Shown here one piece after another: positions 18,031 through 26,647 of a stretch of DNA of 32,000 nt. The DNA lies in contig FP565575.1 in assembly GCA_000091165.1 (NCBI GenBank), forward strand, positions 1,200,001 through 1,232,000, given 5' to 3'. A program made the position numbers and the translations under genes. This stretch comes from Candidatus Methylomirabilis oxygeniifera. GTDB taxonomy: Bacteria; Methylomirabilota; Methylomirabilia; Methylomirabilales; Methylomirabilaceae. The notes below the pieces were generated by a model that was not told where the DNA came from, searched no databases, and saw only the letters and a list, made by a program, of their open reading frames with translations. Within the stretch, counting starts at the first letter, position 1; the number at the start of each line of letters is the position of its first letter.

Positions 18031-18079
18031 AACTTCATGTTTTTCCTCGAAAAGTTTTGGCTTCCTGCAATGAGGTCGG

Positions 18080-19198
18080 ATGTTCACGCCTGATGATGAG
18101 CGCTTCATGCGGCATGCGCTGGTTCTTGCGGAAAAGGGGCGCGGCCGCACTAGTCCTAATCCGATGGTGGGCGCAGTCGTGGTGCAACACGGCAGAATCG
18201 TTGGGGAGGGCTATCATGCACAGGCCGGCAAGCCGCATGCGGAGGTTGTCGCGCTGGAATACGCCGGCGGAGCGGCGCGCAATGCCGACCTCTATGTCAC
18301 GCTCGAGCCGTGCGGGCATTACGGTCGGACTCCACCATGTACCGATCGGATCATTCAAGCCGGTATTCGGCGAGTGGTCGTACCCACCATCGACCCGAAC
18401 CCGCTTGTTTCCGGGAGGGGCGTACAGAGTCTACGCGACGCCGGGGTTATCGTCGATCTTGGGCTGCGGTCGGCAGACGCAACGGCCCTCAACGAAGCCT
18501 TTATAAAATTTATGAAACACCGTACCCCGTTTGTGGTCCTTAAGGCAGCCGTCAGTCTTGACGGCAAGATTGCCACTCGGACCGGAGACTCTCGGTGGGT
18601 CTCCGGCGAACGATCGCGCGAACATATACACACCCTGCGAGATCAGATAGACGCGGTGATCGTCGGAATCGGTACGGTCCGGCGCGACAATCCCAGGCTC
18701 ACAACCAGGCTTCCGGAAGGCGGGCGCGACCCAATCCGAGTGGTGGTGGATGGGCTTGGTCCGTTCCCGGACGATGCGCAGATCCTTCAAGCCGAAGCCG
18801 CCTCGCGAACCTGGGTCGCCGTAGCCGCTGATGCGCCGGCCAAGCGGATCAGAGCCCTGGAGCGCCGCGGACTGACGGTACTTGAAGCGGGCGGCTTCCG
18901 CGGACGGGTCAGCCTTGAACACCTCCTGAAACGCCTCGGTGAGCGCGAGGTCACCAGCGTGATGATCGAGGGTGGAGAGGGCATCTTCACGTCGGCCATT
19001 GAGGAGGGGATCGTCGACAAGTTCCTGCTATTTGTCGCGCCGATTCTCCTTGGGGGGAAGACCGCGCCCAGTCTTTTCGGCGGAACGGGTATTGACAACA
19101 TCGGCCAGGCGTTACGACTGGCCCGGCTACGCATCGAACAACTGGGAGAAGACGTACTGATTGAGGGATACCGCTCGACACATGAAGGAAGGTGCTAG
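18080..19198 (+). CDS. ribD: Bifunctional riboflavin biosynthesis deaminase/reductase RibD
   Basis: 372 aa with deaminase zinc motifs HAEVVAL and LEPCGHYGRTPPC, and a C-terminal reductase domain (LKAAVSLDGKIA). Confidence 0.95.
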   Translation: MFTPDDERFMRHALVLAEKGRGRTSPNPMVGAVVVQHGRIVGEGYHAQAGKPHAEVVALEYAGGAARNADLYVTLEPCGHYGRTPPCTDRIIQAGIRRVVVPTIDPNPLVSGRGVQSLRDAGVIVDLGLRSADATALNEAFIKFMKHRTPFVVLKAAVSLDGKIATRTGDSRWVSGERSREHIHTLRDQIDAVIVGIGTVRRDNPRLTTRLPEGGRDPIRVVVDGLGPFPDDAQILQAEAASRTWVAVAADAPAKRIRALERRGLTVLEAGGFRGRVSLEHLLKRLGEREVTSVMIEGGEGIFTSAIEEGIVDKFLLFVAPILLGGKTAPSLFGGTGIDNIGQALRLARLRIEQLGEDVLIEGYRSTHEGRC

Positions 19199-19207
19199 GC
19201 ACACGGA

Positions 19208-19858
19208 ATGTTTACGGGACTGATCGAAGAGATAGGTCGCGTCCAGCAGGTACGTCGCGAAGGTGGTATCGTGAAGCTTGCCATCAAAGGACAGCAGACG
19301 ACCTCTTCCCTCGCCATAGGGGGCAGTATCGCAGTCGATGGAACCTGTTTGACGGTCACCAGGACAGCGCCCACACTGTTCGAGGCCGATCTGTCCGAGG
19401 AGACCATGGCGCGCACGACTCTGGGAGAACGGCAGGTCGGCAATCCAGTGAACCTGGAACGGCCCTGCCGGCCAACGGATCGACTTGGAGGCCACTTCGT
19501 GAGCGGTCACATCGACGGGGTCGGAACCATTCGAGAGATTCGGGAGACCGAGGGGATGTGGTGGTTCTTCATTGCGTATCCCAAGGCGCTGCGGCCTCTG
19601 CTTGTGGAAAAAGGATCCGTTGCGGTAGACGGAATCAGCCTGACAGTGGGCAGCCTGAGTGACCGCTCCTTCGGAATCGCCATCATTCCGCACACCTACC
19701 ATCACACAACACTTGAGAGCAAACAGGTCGAGCAGCGCGTCAATCTGGAGACCGACCTTCTTGGTAAATACGTCGTCCGCTATCTCCAGGGACTCGGGTC
19801 TCTAACGCACAAGACGGCTCTTACTGAAACGCGGCTCCAGGAGCTGGGGTTTAGCTGA
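19208..19858 (+). CDS. ribE: Riboflavin synthase (alpha chain)
   Basis: 216 aa starting [10 protein letters not shown], with two internal lumazine-binding repeats ([13 protein letters not shown] / [13 protein letters not shown]). Confidence 0.93.
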   Translation: MFTGLIEEIGRVQQVRREGGIVKLAIKGQQTTSSLAIGGSIAVDGTCLTVTRTAPTLFEADLSEETMARTTLGERQVGNPVNLERPCRPTDRLGGHFVSGHIDGVGTIREIRETEGMWWFFIAYPKALRPLLVEKGSVAVDGISLTVGSLSDRSFGIAIIPHTYHHTTLESKQVEQRVNLETDLLGKYVVRYLQGLGSLTHKTALTETRLQELGFS

Positions 19859-19880
19859 GCTGGTTTTTGGGGGAATAGCT

Positions 19881-21095
19881 ATGGAAGATACGATCCAGTT
19901 CCACACCATCGAAGAGGCGATCCGGGATCTGCGCGACGGTAAGATGGTGGTCGTCGTCGATGATGATGACCGGGAAAACGAAGGCGACCTGACCATGGCC
20001 GCCGAAAAGGTGACGCCAGAGGCCATCAACTTCATGGCGACACAGGGGCGAGGATTGATCTGTATGCCCGTCATGGGCGAACGATTGGATGAGCTTCGCA
20101 TCCCGCCGATGGTGACGGACAATACCTCTCCTCACGAGACCGCCTTCTGCATTTCCGTCGATGCCAGACAGAAGGTCACAACCGGAATCTCGGCCTACGA
20201 CCGGGCGATCACCATTCAAACCATCATCGACCCCAAGGCGACAGCCGATGATCTCACCAGTCCGGGACACACCTTTCCGCTGCGCGGGCGCGATGGGGGC
20301 GTCCTGACCAGGGCAGGGCATTCTGAAGCCGCTATTGACCTTTCTCGTCTGGCCGGCCTCTACCCTGCCGGTGTGATTTGTGAGGTGATGCAGGACGACG
20401 GAACCATGGCCAGAACCCCGGAGCTGTATCGATTCGCTCAGAAGCACGGCTTGAAGTTGATCACCGTCCAAAACCTGATCGAGTTTCGGCTGAAGCGAGA
20501 GCGCTTTGTCAGCCGCATTGCTACGACGACGCTGCCGACCCCATACGGCCGATTCACTGCGATCCTGTATCACAGTCACATCGAGAACAAACACCATATG
20601 GCCTTAGTCATGGGCGAGATTAACGCCGTCGATGAGACGCTCGTGCGAGTCCACTCGGAGTGCCTCACCGGCGACGTCTTCGGTTCTCTTCGGTGCGACT
20701 GCGGACCTCAGATGGAAAAGTCGCTTGAACTGATTGCCAAGGAGGGGAAGGGCGTCTTTCTGTATATCCGACAGGAAGGCCGAGGTATCGGCCTGGCGAA
20801 TAAGATGCGCGCCTATGAGCTGCAGGATAGCGGCCTTGATACAGTGGAGGCGAATGTACGGCTTGGATTCAAACCCGATCTGAGAGAGTATGGTATCGGC
20901 GCCCAGATCTTGTCCGATCTTGGATTGTGCAATATCCGGCTACTGACCAACAACCCACGGAAGATCGTCGGGCTCGAGGCGTACGGTCTCCATGTGGTGC
21001 AGCGGATTCCTATCGAGATTCACCCGAACGCCGAGAATCGTGCCTACCTACAGACCAAGTTCGCAAAGCTCGGTCACTTGCTCGAAACGGTGTAG
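19881..21095 (+). CDS. ribBA: Bifunctional 3,4-dihydroxy-2-butanone-4-phosphate synthase / GTP cyclohydrolase II
   Basis: 404 aa. The N-terminal half is DHBP synthase ([11 protein letters not shown]). The C-terminal half is GTP cyclohydrolase II ([26 protein letters not shown]). Confidence 0.95.
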   Translation: MEDTIQFHTIEEAIRDLRDGKMVVVVDDDDRENEGDLTMAAEKVTPEAINFMATQGRGLICMPVMGERLDELRIPPMVTDNTSPHETAFCISVDARQKVTTGISAYDRAITIQTIIDPKATADDLTSPGHTFPLRGRDGGVLTRAGHSEAAIDLSRLAGLYPAGVICEVMQDDGTMARTPELYRFAQKHGLKLITVQNLIEFRLKRERFVSRIATTTLPTPYGRFTAILYHSHIENKHHMALVMGEINAVDETLVRVHSECLTGDVFGSLRCDCGPQMEKSLELIAKEGKGVFLYIRQEGRGIGLANKMRAYELQDSGLDTVEANVRLGFKPDLREYGIGAQILSDLGLCNIRLLTNNPRKIVGLEAYGLHVVQRIPIEIHPNAENRAYLQTKFAKLGHLLETV

Positions 21096-21099
21096 TGGA

Positions 21100-21172
21100 G
21101 ATGCAGTCGTCAGCCGTCAGCGTTCAGCTTCTACTTGCCTGCTGACTGCTGATAGCTGATCGCTGATGGCTG
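21100..21172. repeat. Inverted arms built from tandem heptanucleotide units
   Basis: Left arm: GATGCAG TCGTCAG CCGTCAG CGTTCAG (21100-21127). Right arm: GCTGACT GCTGATA GCTGATC GCTGATG GCTG (21141-21172). Both have a strict 7-nt period and are complementary to each other. Confidence 0.6.
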
Positions 21173-21179
21173 TTTTTTT
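21111..21179 (+). terminator. Intrinsic terminator-like hairpin plus T7 between ribBA and ribH
   Basis: 21111-21122 pairs with 21161-21172 (12 bp, one G-U). After a T-T mismatch, 21124-21129 pairs with 21154-21159 (6 bp). TTTTTTT (21173-21179) follows immediately. Confidence 0.6.
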
Positions 21180-21194
21180 ACACGGAGGTACGCA

Positions 21195-21659
21195 TTGAAA
21201 ACAACTGAAGGGACATACCAAGCCAAAGGGTGTCGATTCGCCATCGTGATAAGTCGTGTAAACGAATTGATCGCCAAACGGCTGCTGGAGGGCGCCCTCG
21301 ACTGCCTGCTTCGCCACGGCGTGGAGGACGGCGATCTGCACCTGGTGAAGGTGCCGGGAGCCTTCGAGCTGCCCTACGCGGCAAAGCGCTTGGCAGCCTC
21401 AAGCCGCTACGACGCCGTCATCGCGCTGGGCGCCGTCATCCGGGGCGCTACCGCTCACTTCGATTACGTCGCCGGAGAGGCCGCAAAGGGAATCGCAGCA
21501 GCCAGCATCGAGACCGGCGTACCCATTATTTTTGGCGTCATCACGGCCAACACGCTTGATGAGGCGATCGAACGGGCGGGAACGAAGGGCGGCAATAAAG
21601 GGTTCGATGCGGCGCTATCGGCCATTGAAATGGCCAGCCTCTTCGCCCAACTTAAATAA
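21195..21659 (+). CDS. ribH: 6,7-dimethyl-8-ribityllumazine synthase
   Basis: 154 aa. TTG start (21195-21197) lies 6 nt after GGAGG (21184-21188). Motifs: [26 protein letters not shown]. Confidence 0.95.
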   Translation: MKTTEGTYQAKGCRFAIVISRVNELIAKRLLEGALDCLLRHGVEDGDLHLVKVPGAFELPYAAKRLAASSRYDAVIALGAVIRGATAHFDYVAGEAAKGIAAASIETGVPIIFGVITANTLDEAIERAGTKGGNKGFDAALSAIEMASLFAQLK

Positions 21660-21695
21660 TGCGCAAGAGAGCGCATTGTCCCAAGGATAACGGAA

Positions 21696-22127
21696 GTGGG
21701 TAAACGTCACCGCGCCAGGGAGCTTGCGCTCTCACTCCTGTATCAGCTTGAATTCTACCCGCTGGAGGCTTTTGAGGTGCAGTCGGCCGCCTTCTGGGCC
21801 GATCATCCGGCCGGCCCGGAGATCCGATCGTTGACTGACGAGCTGGTTCAGGGAACACTGCAACATCAGAAGCCAATCGATGAGGTACTCGCCTCGCACG
21901 TCGAGCACTGGATCCTCTCGCGGCTGGCCCTCGTAGATCTCTGCGTCCTCCGCTTAGCCGCGTTTGAACTGCTCTTTTACGGGAAGACGCCCTGGAAGGT
22001 TGCCATCGACGAAGCGATTGAGTTGGCGAAGGCGTTTGGCGGAAAGGACTCCGGCGCCTTTGTCAACGGTGTCCTGGACAAGCTCGCCGCTCTCGCCAAA
22101 GACAACTCCCCCGCTCCGCTGGGATAA
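21696..22127 (+). CDS. nusB: Transcription antitermination factor NusB
   Basis: 143 aa with a GTG start (21696-21698). The pattern is NusB-like (RARELALSLLYQLEF, AIDEAIELAKAFGG, FVNGVLDK). The ribH-nusB linkage is conserved. Confidence 0.92.
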   Translation: MGKRHRARELALSLLYQLEFYPLEAFEVQSAAFWADHPAGPEIRSLTDELVQGTLQHQKPIDEVLASHVEHWILSRLALVDLCVLRLAAFELLFYGKTPWKVAIDEAIELAKAFGGKDSGAFVNGVLDKLAALAKDNSPAPLG

Positions 22128-22192
22128 AGCTGGACTCACGTTATCCTTATCCTTAGCCCCTTTGCCCCCCCTCATGATCGTTGCCGGTGATG

Positions 22193-22552
22193 TTAGGCAT
22201 CACAGGCACCATGTATGAGTCGCTCAAAGATCCACTCGATCCACCAATCGATGTTGGTCCTTTCCTGAATGAATTTCCGTTTCTGGTCCTCTAACGCCTT
22301 CCTATCAGCTTCTGTCAGGTTCGAGTCTTTGAGCCTGGCGTCAATCTCGGCAATCTGAAAATCGACCACATCTCGTCGCGTCTTCCAGTCCTGAAGGTCT
22401 TGTTCACACCACTGTGCGTGTAATTGTGTGGTCGTAACATCTGCGTTTATGTGCGGCGTAAAGGTCGCCGCTTTTACCGGTACTGCAAACAGACACACAA
22501 AACTGCTTAGCTCCACGACCAGCGCCAAGACCCGCCCCATCCTATTTCTCAC
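22193..22552 (-). CDS. Hypothetical small secreted protein
   Basis: 119-aa ORF starting at GTG 22550-22552, or ATG 22538-22540. It has an N-terminal signal-like segment (VLALVVELSSFVCLFAVPVKAA) followed by a charged helical region with two Cys. I recognise no family. Confidence 0.5.
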   Translation of the reverse strand: MRNRMGRVLALVVELSSFVCLFAVPVKAATFTPHINADVTTTQLHAQWCEQDLQDWKTRRDVVDFQIAEIDARLKDSNLTEADRKALEDQKRKFIQERTNIDWWIEWIFERLIHGACDA

Positions 22553-22617
22553 GACTGCTGCTCCCTCTTCTCCGATGCGTCGTATCCCGCAGCATTCGAC
22601 GTCATTGTGCCGAAAGG

Positions 22618-22660
22618 CCCCCTTATCTTCATCCTCTCTCTAAAGGGGGGCGAGGAGAAG
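22618..22660. repeat. Partial/divergent copy 3 of the G/C-run element
   Basis: CCCCCTTATCTTCATCCTCTCTCTAAAGGGGGGCGAGGAGAAG. The stretch TAAAGGGGGGCGAGG (22641-22655) equals the reverse complement of copy 1 (6911-6925); the rest diverges. A 15-mer match alone is only borderline significant in 32 kb. Confidence 0.35.
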
Positions 22661-22685
22661 TAAAATTATGTAGGAGGGGAGCTTA

Positions 22686-22707
22686 TACGTAGGTCTGCCC
22701 CTACGTA
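22686..22707. repeat. Perfect 8-bp inverted repeat (hairpin) downstream of the Uma2 gene
   Basis: TACGTAGG (22686-22693), loop TCTGCC, CCTACGTA (22700-22707). There is no T-run on either strand. Confidence 0.5.
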
Positions 22708-22726
22708 ACGATGCGTAAAGAAATGG

Positions 22727-23278
22727 TTATTTGAAGAGATCGATAAGTGGGATGCTTAAGTCAGGGAGGAGGGGTGTACAGAGAGTGTCGCTTGCCTCGT
22801 GGCTCAGTTCGGCGACGCGGCTATAACCGTGGGGTGTCGTGCGGTAGACTTTTACTGTCTCCAATTCAGGGTCCACGATCCAGTACTCCTGCACCCCATG
22901 CCGCTCGTAGAGCTTCCGCTTGATGATTTCGTCGGTCTTGCGGGTGCTCTCTGAGAGGATCTCGATGAGGAGATCAGGTGCTCCTTGAATGTTGTGCGCG
23001 GTGATGATCGAGGCCTTCGCCGAGGAAATAAAGACGAGATCCGGCTGAACGACATCAAAGCTGGAGAGAATCACATCGAACGGAGCGGTGTAGAGGCGTC
23101 CGGCAGGGTGGAGCTTCAAATGGTCCACGATAGAGCAGGCGAGGTTCAGAGTAATCCGTTGGTGTCGCTCTGATGGTGATGGGGTCACGTGATGCTCTCC
23201 ATCGATCAGCTCATGGCGCCGGCCGTCGTCAGGGAATAATAGGTAATCTTCATAGGTGAACTTGACCTGTACTGTCAC
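22727..23278 (-). CDS. Uma2-family (DUF820) PD-(D/E)xK putative endonuclease
   Basis: 183 aa with a GTG start. The layout is typical of Uma2: FTYEDYLLFPDDGRRHELIDGE, VVQPDLVFI, GAPDLLIEILSESTRKTD, YERHGVQEYWIVDPE. Confidence 0.85.
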   Translation of the reverse strand: MTVQVKFTYEDYLLFPDDGRRHELIDGEHHVTPSPSERHQRITLNLACSIVDHLKLHPAGRLYTAPFDVILSSFDVVQPDLVFISSAKASIITAHNIQGAPDLLIEILSESTRKTDEIIKRKLYERHGVQEYWIVDPELETVKVYRTTPHGYSRVAELSHEASDTLCTPLLPDLSIPLIDLFK

Positions 23279-23295
23279 TGTCTTCCTCGGACTGA

Positions 23296-23316
23296 CTCTC
23301 AGCCTTCAGCCTACAG
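23296..23316. repeat. Tandem heptanucleotide patch (3 units)
   Basis: CTCTCAG CCTTCAG CCTACAG, in the 56-nt gap between the fabF stop and the Uma2 start. The period and the ..TCAG/..ACAG unit end match the rib-operon patch. Confidence 0.4.
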
Positions 23317-23334
23317 TCTTAACACCTGACCGCT

Positions 23335-24570
23335 TTACTCATACCGCTTGAAGACCAGTGTGGCGTTGGTTCCGCCAAATCCGAACGAATTGCTGAAGGC
23401 GACCCGCACCTCAGCGCGACGCGCGTTGTTCGGAACGTAATCAAGATCGCACTCGGGATCCGGCTCATCGTAGTTGGTAGTCGGCGGGATCACGCCATGG
23501 TGGAGGGTCAGCGCTGTGGCCACCGCTTCGACACCCCCCGCAGCCCCCAGGAGATGCCCGGTCATTGATTTGATAGAGCTCACCGCCAGACGATATGCGT
23601 GATCTCCAAACACCTTCTTGATCGCCTTAGTCTCAGCCGCATCGCCAGCAGGCGTCGATGTTCCATGGGCATTGATATAATCGACCTGTTCCGGCTGAAG
23701 CCCGGCATCCTCCAACGCGAGATTCATGGAGGCGATCGCACCGGCCCCTTCCGGCTCCGGCGCGGTCATATGATACGCGTCAGCCGACATCCCATAGCCG
23801 CTCAACTCGGCATATATCCTGGCGCTGCGATGCAGCGCATGCTCCAACTCCTCGAGAATCAAGACGCCCGCACCCTCGCCCATCACGAAGCCATCGCGTC
23901 CCTTGTCGAACGGGCGGCTGGCGCGCTGAGGCGCGTCATTTCTCGTGGATAGGGCCTTCATGGCGCCGAACCCGCCGATCGTCAGCGGAGAGATGACGGC
24001 CTCGGTTCCTCCGGCAAACATCGCATCAGCCATTCCCCGCCTGATCAGCTCGAAGGAATCGCCGATTGCATGATTGCCGGTCGCACACGCTGTCGAGACG
24101 CATAAATTCGGTCCACGGAGTCCGAAGCGAATCGCGATATTGCCTGAGGCCAGGTTGGTGATGATCGAGGGGATGAAGAAGGGACTGATCCGGCCGGGCC
24201 CTTTTTCCAACAATACCTTGTGCGTGTCTTCCAGGCAGGGGATTCCGCCCATGCCGGTCCCGATGAGGACACCGATGCGACTGCGCTCGACATCCTTCAC
24301 GACAAGCTGCGCATCATCGACCGCCATGATGGCACCGGCCATGGCGTAGTGGATGAACCGGTCCATCTTCTTGACCTCTTTCTTCTCCATGTAGAGAAGC
24401 GGGTCGAATCCCTTCACCTCTGCGGCGATCTTCGTATCGTGTCGACTGGCGTCGAATCTGGCGATGTGATCGATGCCTGACACCCCGTTCATCAGGCTCT
24501 TCCAGAAGGTGTCGACGCCGATGCCGTTTGGCGCCACTACGCCCAGGCCTGTCACTACTACTCGTCTCAT
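23335..24570 (-). CDS. fabF: 3-oxoacyl-ACP synthase II
   Basis: Contains the active-site Cys context [13 protein letters not shown], plus NAHGTSTP and GHLLGAAG. The ORF-track start (24600) is TTG. The conserved N-terminus [12 protein letters not shown] starts at ATG 24568-24570. Confidence 0.95.
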   Translation of the reverse strand: MRRVVVTGLGVVAPNGIGVDTFWKSLMNGVSGIDHIARFDASRHDTKIAAEVKGFDPLLYMEKKEVKKMDRFIHYAMAGAIMAVDDAQLVVKDVERSRIGVLIGTGMGGIPCLEDTHKVLLEKGPGRISPFFIPSIITNLASGNIAIRFGLRGPNLCVSTACATGNHAIGDSFELIRRGMADAMFAGGTEAVISPLTIGGFGAMKALSTRNDAPQRASRPFDKGRDGFVMGEGAGVLILEELEHALHRSARIYAELSGYGMSADAYHMTAPEPEGAGAIASMNLALEDAGLQPEQVDYINAHGTSTPAGDAAETKAIKKVFGDHAYRLAVSSIKSMTGHLLGAAGGVEAVATALTLHHGVIPPTTNYDEPDPECDLDYVPNNARRAEVRVAFSNSFGFGGTNATLVFKRYE

Positions 24571-24626
24571 GTCGTTATGTTCCCATGGCCCATACGTCAA
24601 TCTATAATCACGGGCTCGGCCTGTTG

Positions 24627-24872
24627 TTACGCGGGATGCGCCTTAATATGCGCGATCGCGTCTTTGACGGTGACGATCTTCTCAGCCTCCTCGTCGGGAA
24701 TCTCAATACCGAACTCTTCTTCCAAAGCCATCACCAGCTCCACCGTATCAAGCGAGTCGGCGCCCAGATCTTCGACGAACGAGGCCTCCGGCGTCACCTC
24801 TGCCGCATTCACACCCAACTGATCTACAATGATCTTTTTGACTCTCTCTTCGATCTCCATGACGTCTGTCAT
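24627..24872 (-). CDS. acpP: Acyl carrier protein
   Basis: 81 aa with the phosphopantetheine-attachment motif [12 protein letters not shown]. Confidence 0.97.
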   Translation of the reverse strand: MTDVMEIEERVKKIIVDQLGVNAAEVTPEASFVEDLGADSLDTVELVMALEEEFGIEIPDEEAEKIVTVKDAIAHIKAHPA

Positions 24873-24929
24873 CGTCCCCCTCTCTACGGCCCCTGTCTGC
24901 CGCCAGGCAGGTCGGCGCCGTCCGATGAA

Positions 24930-25688
24930 TTAGGTTCGCAACCCACCATCAATTGTAATCACCTGGCCTGTAATATAGCTCGCCGCTTCTGAAACGAGGA
25001 ACGAGACCAGAGCAGCCACCTCCTCCGCGGCCCCAAATCGACCCATGGGGATTTGGCCAAGATAGCTCTTTTTACGATCCTCTGACAGGATCGCGGTCAT
25101 CTCAGTCTCGATAAAGCCCGGGGCCACCGCATTCACCGTAATCGACCTGGAGGCCACCTCCTTGGCAACAGCCTTCGTAAAACCGATCAGCCCAGCCTTC
25201 GATGCGGAGTAGTTGGCCTGTCCAGGAATTCCCATCGTCCCTGCGACCGAGCTGATATTCACGATTCGACCGCTCTGCGCCCTCAGCATCGGCCGCAACG
25301 CTGCTCGGGTCGTAAAGAATGCTCCTTTCAAGTTGACATCCAGGACAGCATCCCAGTCCTCCTCCTTCATTCGGATCAGGAGCCCATCCTTGGTGATGCC
25401 CGCATTATTGACCAGGATGTCCAGACGACCAAAACCTTTGAGGCCGGCCTGAATCAATCCATCCGCCTCAGCCTCACGCGAAATATCTGCGGCCACCGCT
25501 ATCCCCTCAGCTCCGGCCGCTTCTATCTCCGCAACCACCTTTTGGGCTGCCTCCGGATTTCTTGCGCCGATAACTACCTTCGCGCCCTGCGCCGAGAGCC
25601 CCAAAGCGATTGCCCGCCCAATCCCTCGCGAGCCGCCGGTGACGACTGCTACCTTCCCCTCAAGTCCGGTCGTTGGCGCCATCACCAT
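24930..25688 (-). CDS. fabG: 3-oxoacyl-ACP reductase
   Basis: 252 aa SDR with TGGSRGIG, NNAG and YSASKAG. Its ATG overlaps the fabD stop by 1 nt. Confidence 0.95.
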   Translation of the reverse strand: MVMAPTTGLEGKVAVVTGGSRGIGRAIALGLSAQGAKVVIGARNPEAAQKVVAEIEAAGAEGIAVAADISREAEADGLIQAGLKGFGRLDILVNNAGITKDGLLIRMKEEDWDAVLDVNLKGAFFTTRAALRPMLRAQSGRIVNISSVAGTMGIPGQANYSASKAGLIGFTKAVAKEVASRSITVNAVAPGFIETEMTAILSEDRKKSYLGQIPMGRFGAAEEVAALVSFLVSEAASYITGQVITIDGGLRT

Positions 25689-26628
25689 CAGCGAACCGCC
25701 TCCAACTGATCCACCGCCAACCGTAGCGAACCCGGATCCTCCGCGTAGAGCGCGGTCGCCTCAGGCGCGATCCGTCTAATCAGTCCGGTCAGTACTTTTC
25801 CAGGACCAAGCTCCAGAAAGATGGTGACGCCTTCTTTCACCAGTCTACGCACCACATCCTCCCACCGCACCGGCCTTGTGACTTGGCGAACGAGACTGTC
25901 GGCAACCGCATCCCTCGTCGTCAGAAGCTCGGCGTCGGCATTGTTGACCAACGGAACCGTTGGATCGGCAATCGGTGTCGCTTGGAGTACACCGGCCAAC
26001 CGCTGAGCCGCCGGCTCCATCAAGGAGCAGTGAAATGGCGCACTCACCTGGAGGCGCACGGCTCGCTTAGCGCCGCGTTGTTTGGCCAGCTCGACGGCTC
26101 GATCCACCGCCCCGGTCTTCCCGGCGATGACCACCTGACCGGGGCCGTTAAGATTGGCGACCTCGACAATCCCGTATTGGGCGGCCTCCTCGCATATCGC
26201 ATAGACGCTCTGCCTATCAAGGCCCAATATAGCCGCCATCGCACCGGCCCCAGGGGCCACTGCTTCCTGCATGAACTCGCCTCTCTTCCTTACAATGCGA
26301 ATGGCGTCTTCAAATGCGAGGCTCCCGGACGCTACCAGCGCTGAATACTCCCCAAGCGAATGGCCCGCCACATAGTCGGGTTTGATCCCCTCGCGCTGTA
26401 ACGCGGCGACAGCGGCCATACTCACCGTCATAATAGCCGGCTGCGCGTTTGCGGTGAGGGTAAGCTGCTCCTCTGGTCCTTTGAAGCAGAGATGGCCAAG
26501 GTCGATCCCCAGCGCCTCACTTGCCTTTTCAAAGAGAATACGGGCTTCAGGGATCTGCGACCAGAAATCCTGCCCCATACCAATCCGTTGAGAACCTTGA
26601 CCGGGAAAACGAGCGCGATCGCGGTCAT
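25688..26628 (-). CDS. fabD: Malonyl-CoA:ACP transacylase, reading frame interrupted after codon 9 (apparent 1-nt frameshift)
   Basis: The long ORF (25688..26578) carries GHSLGEYSAL. The conserved FPGQGSQRIG is encoded in the same frame upstream of its ATG, but that frame has no start codon. A separate frame opens at ATG 26626-26628 with MTAIALVFP. The two frames meet at 26602-26609. Confidence 0.88.
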
Positions 26629-26647
26629 CGTCCGGCAGCGCGCATAC

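Noticed and set aside
19851-20597. 248-aa minus ORF antisense to ribBA. The 28146..28892 ORF (antisense to plsX/rpmF) and the 30413..31279 ORF (antisense to sucD/sucC) fall in the same class.
   Set aside because: These are GC-rich shadow ORFs opposite highly conserved genes, with no motifs, start context or SD.
17778-26620. HIP1-like octamer GCGATCGC, found three times (about 17778, 24653 and 26615).
   Set aside because: About one copy is expected by chance at this base composition, so three copies is not convincing enrichment.
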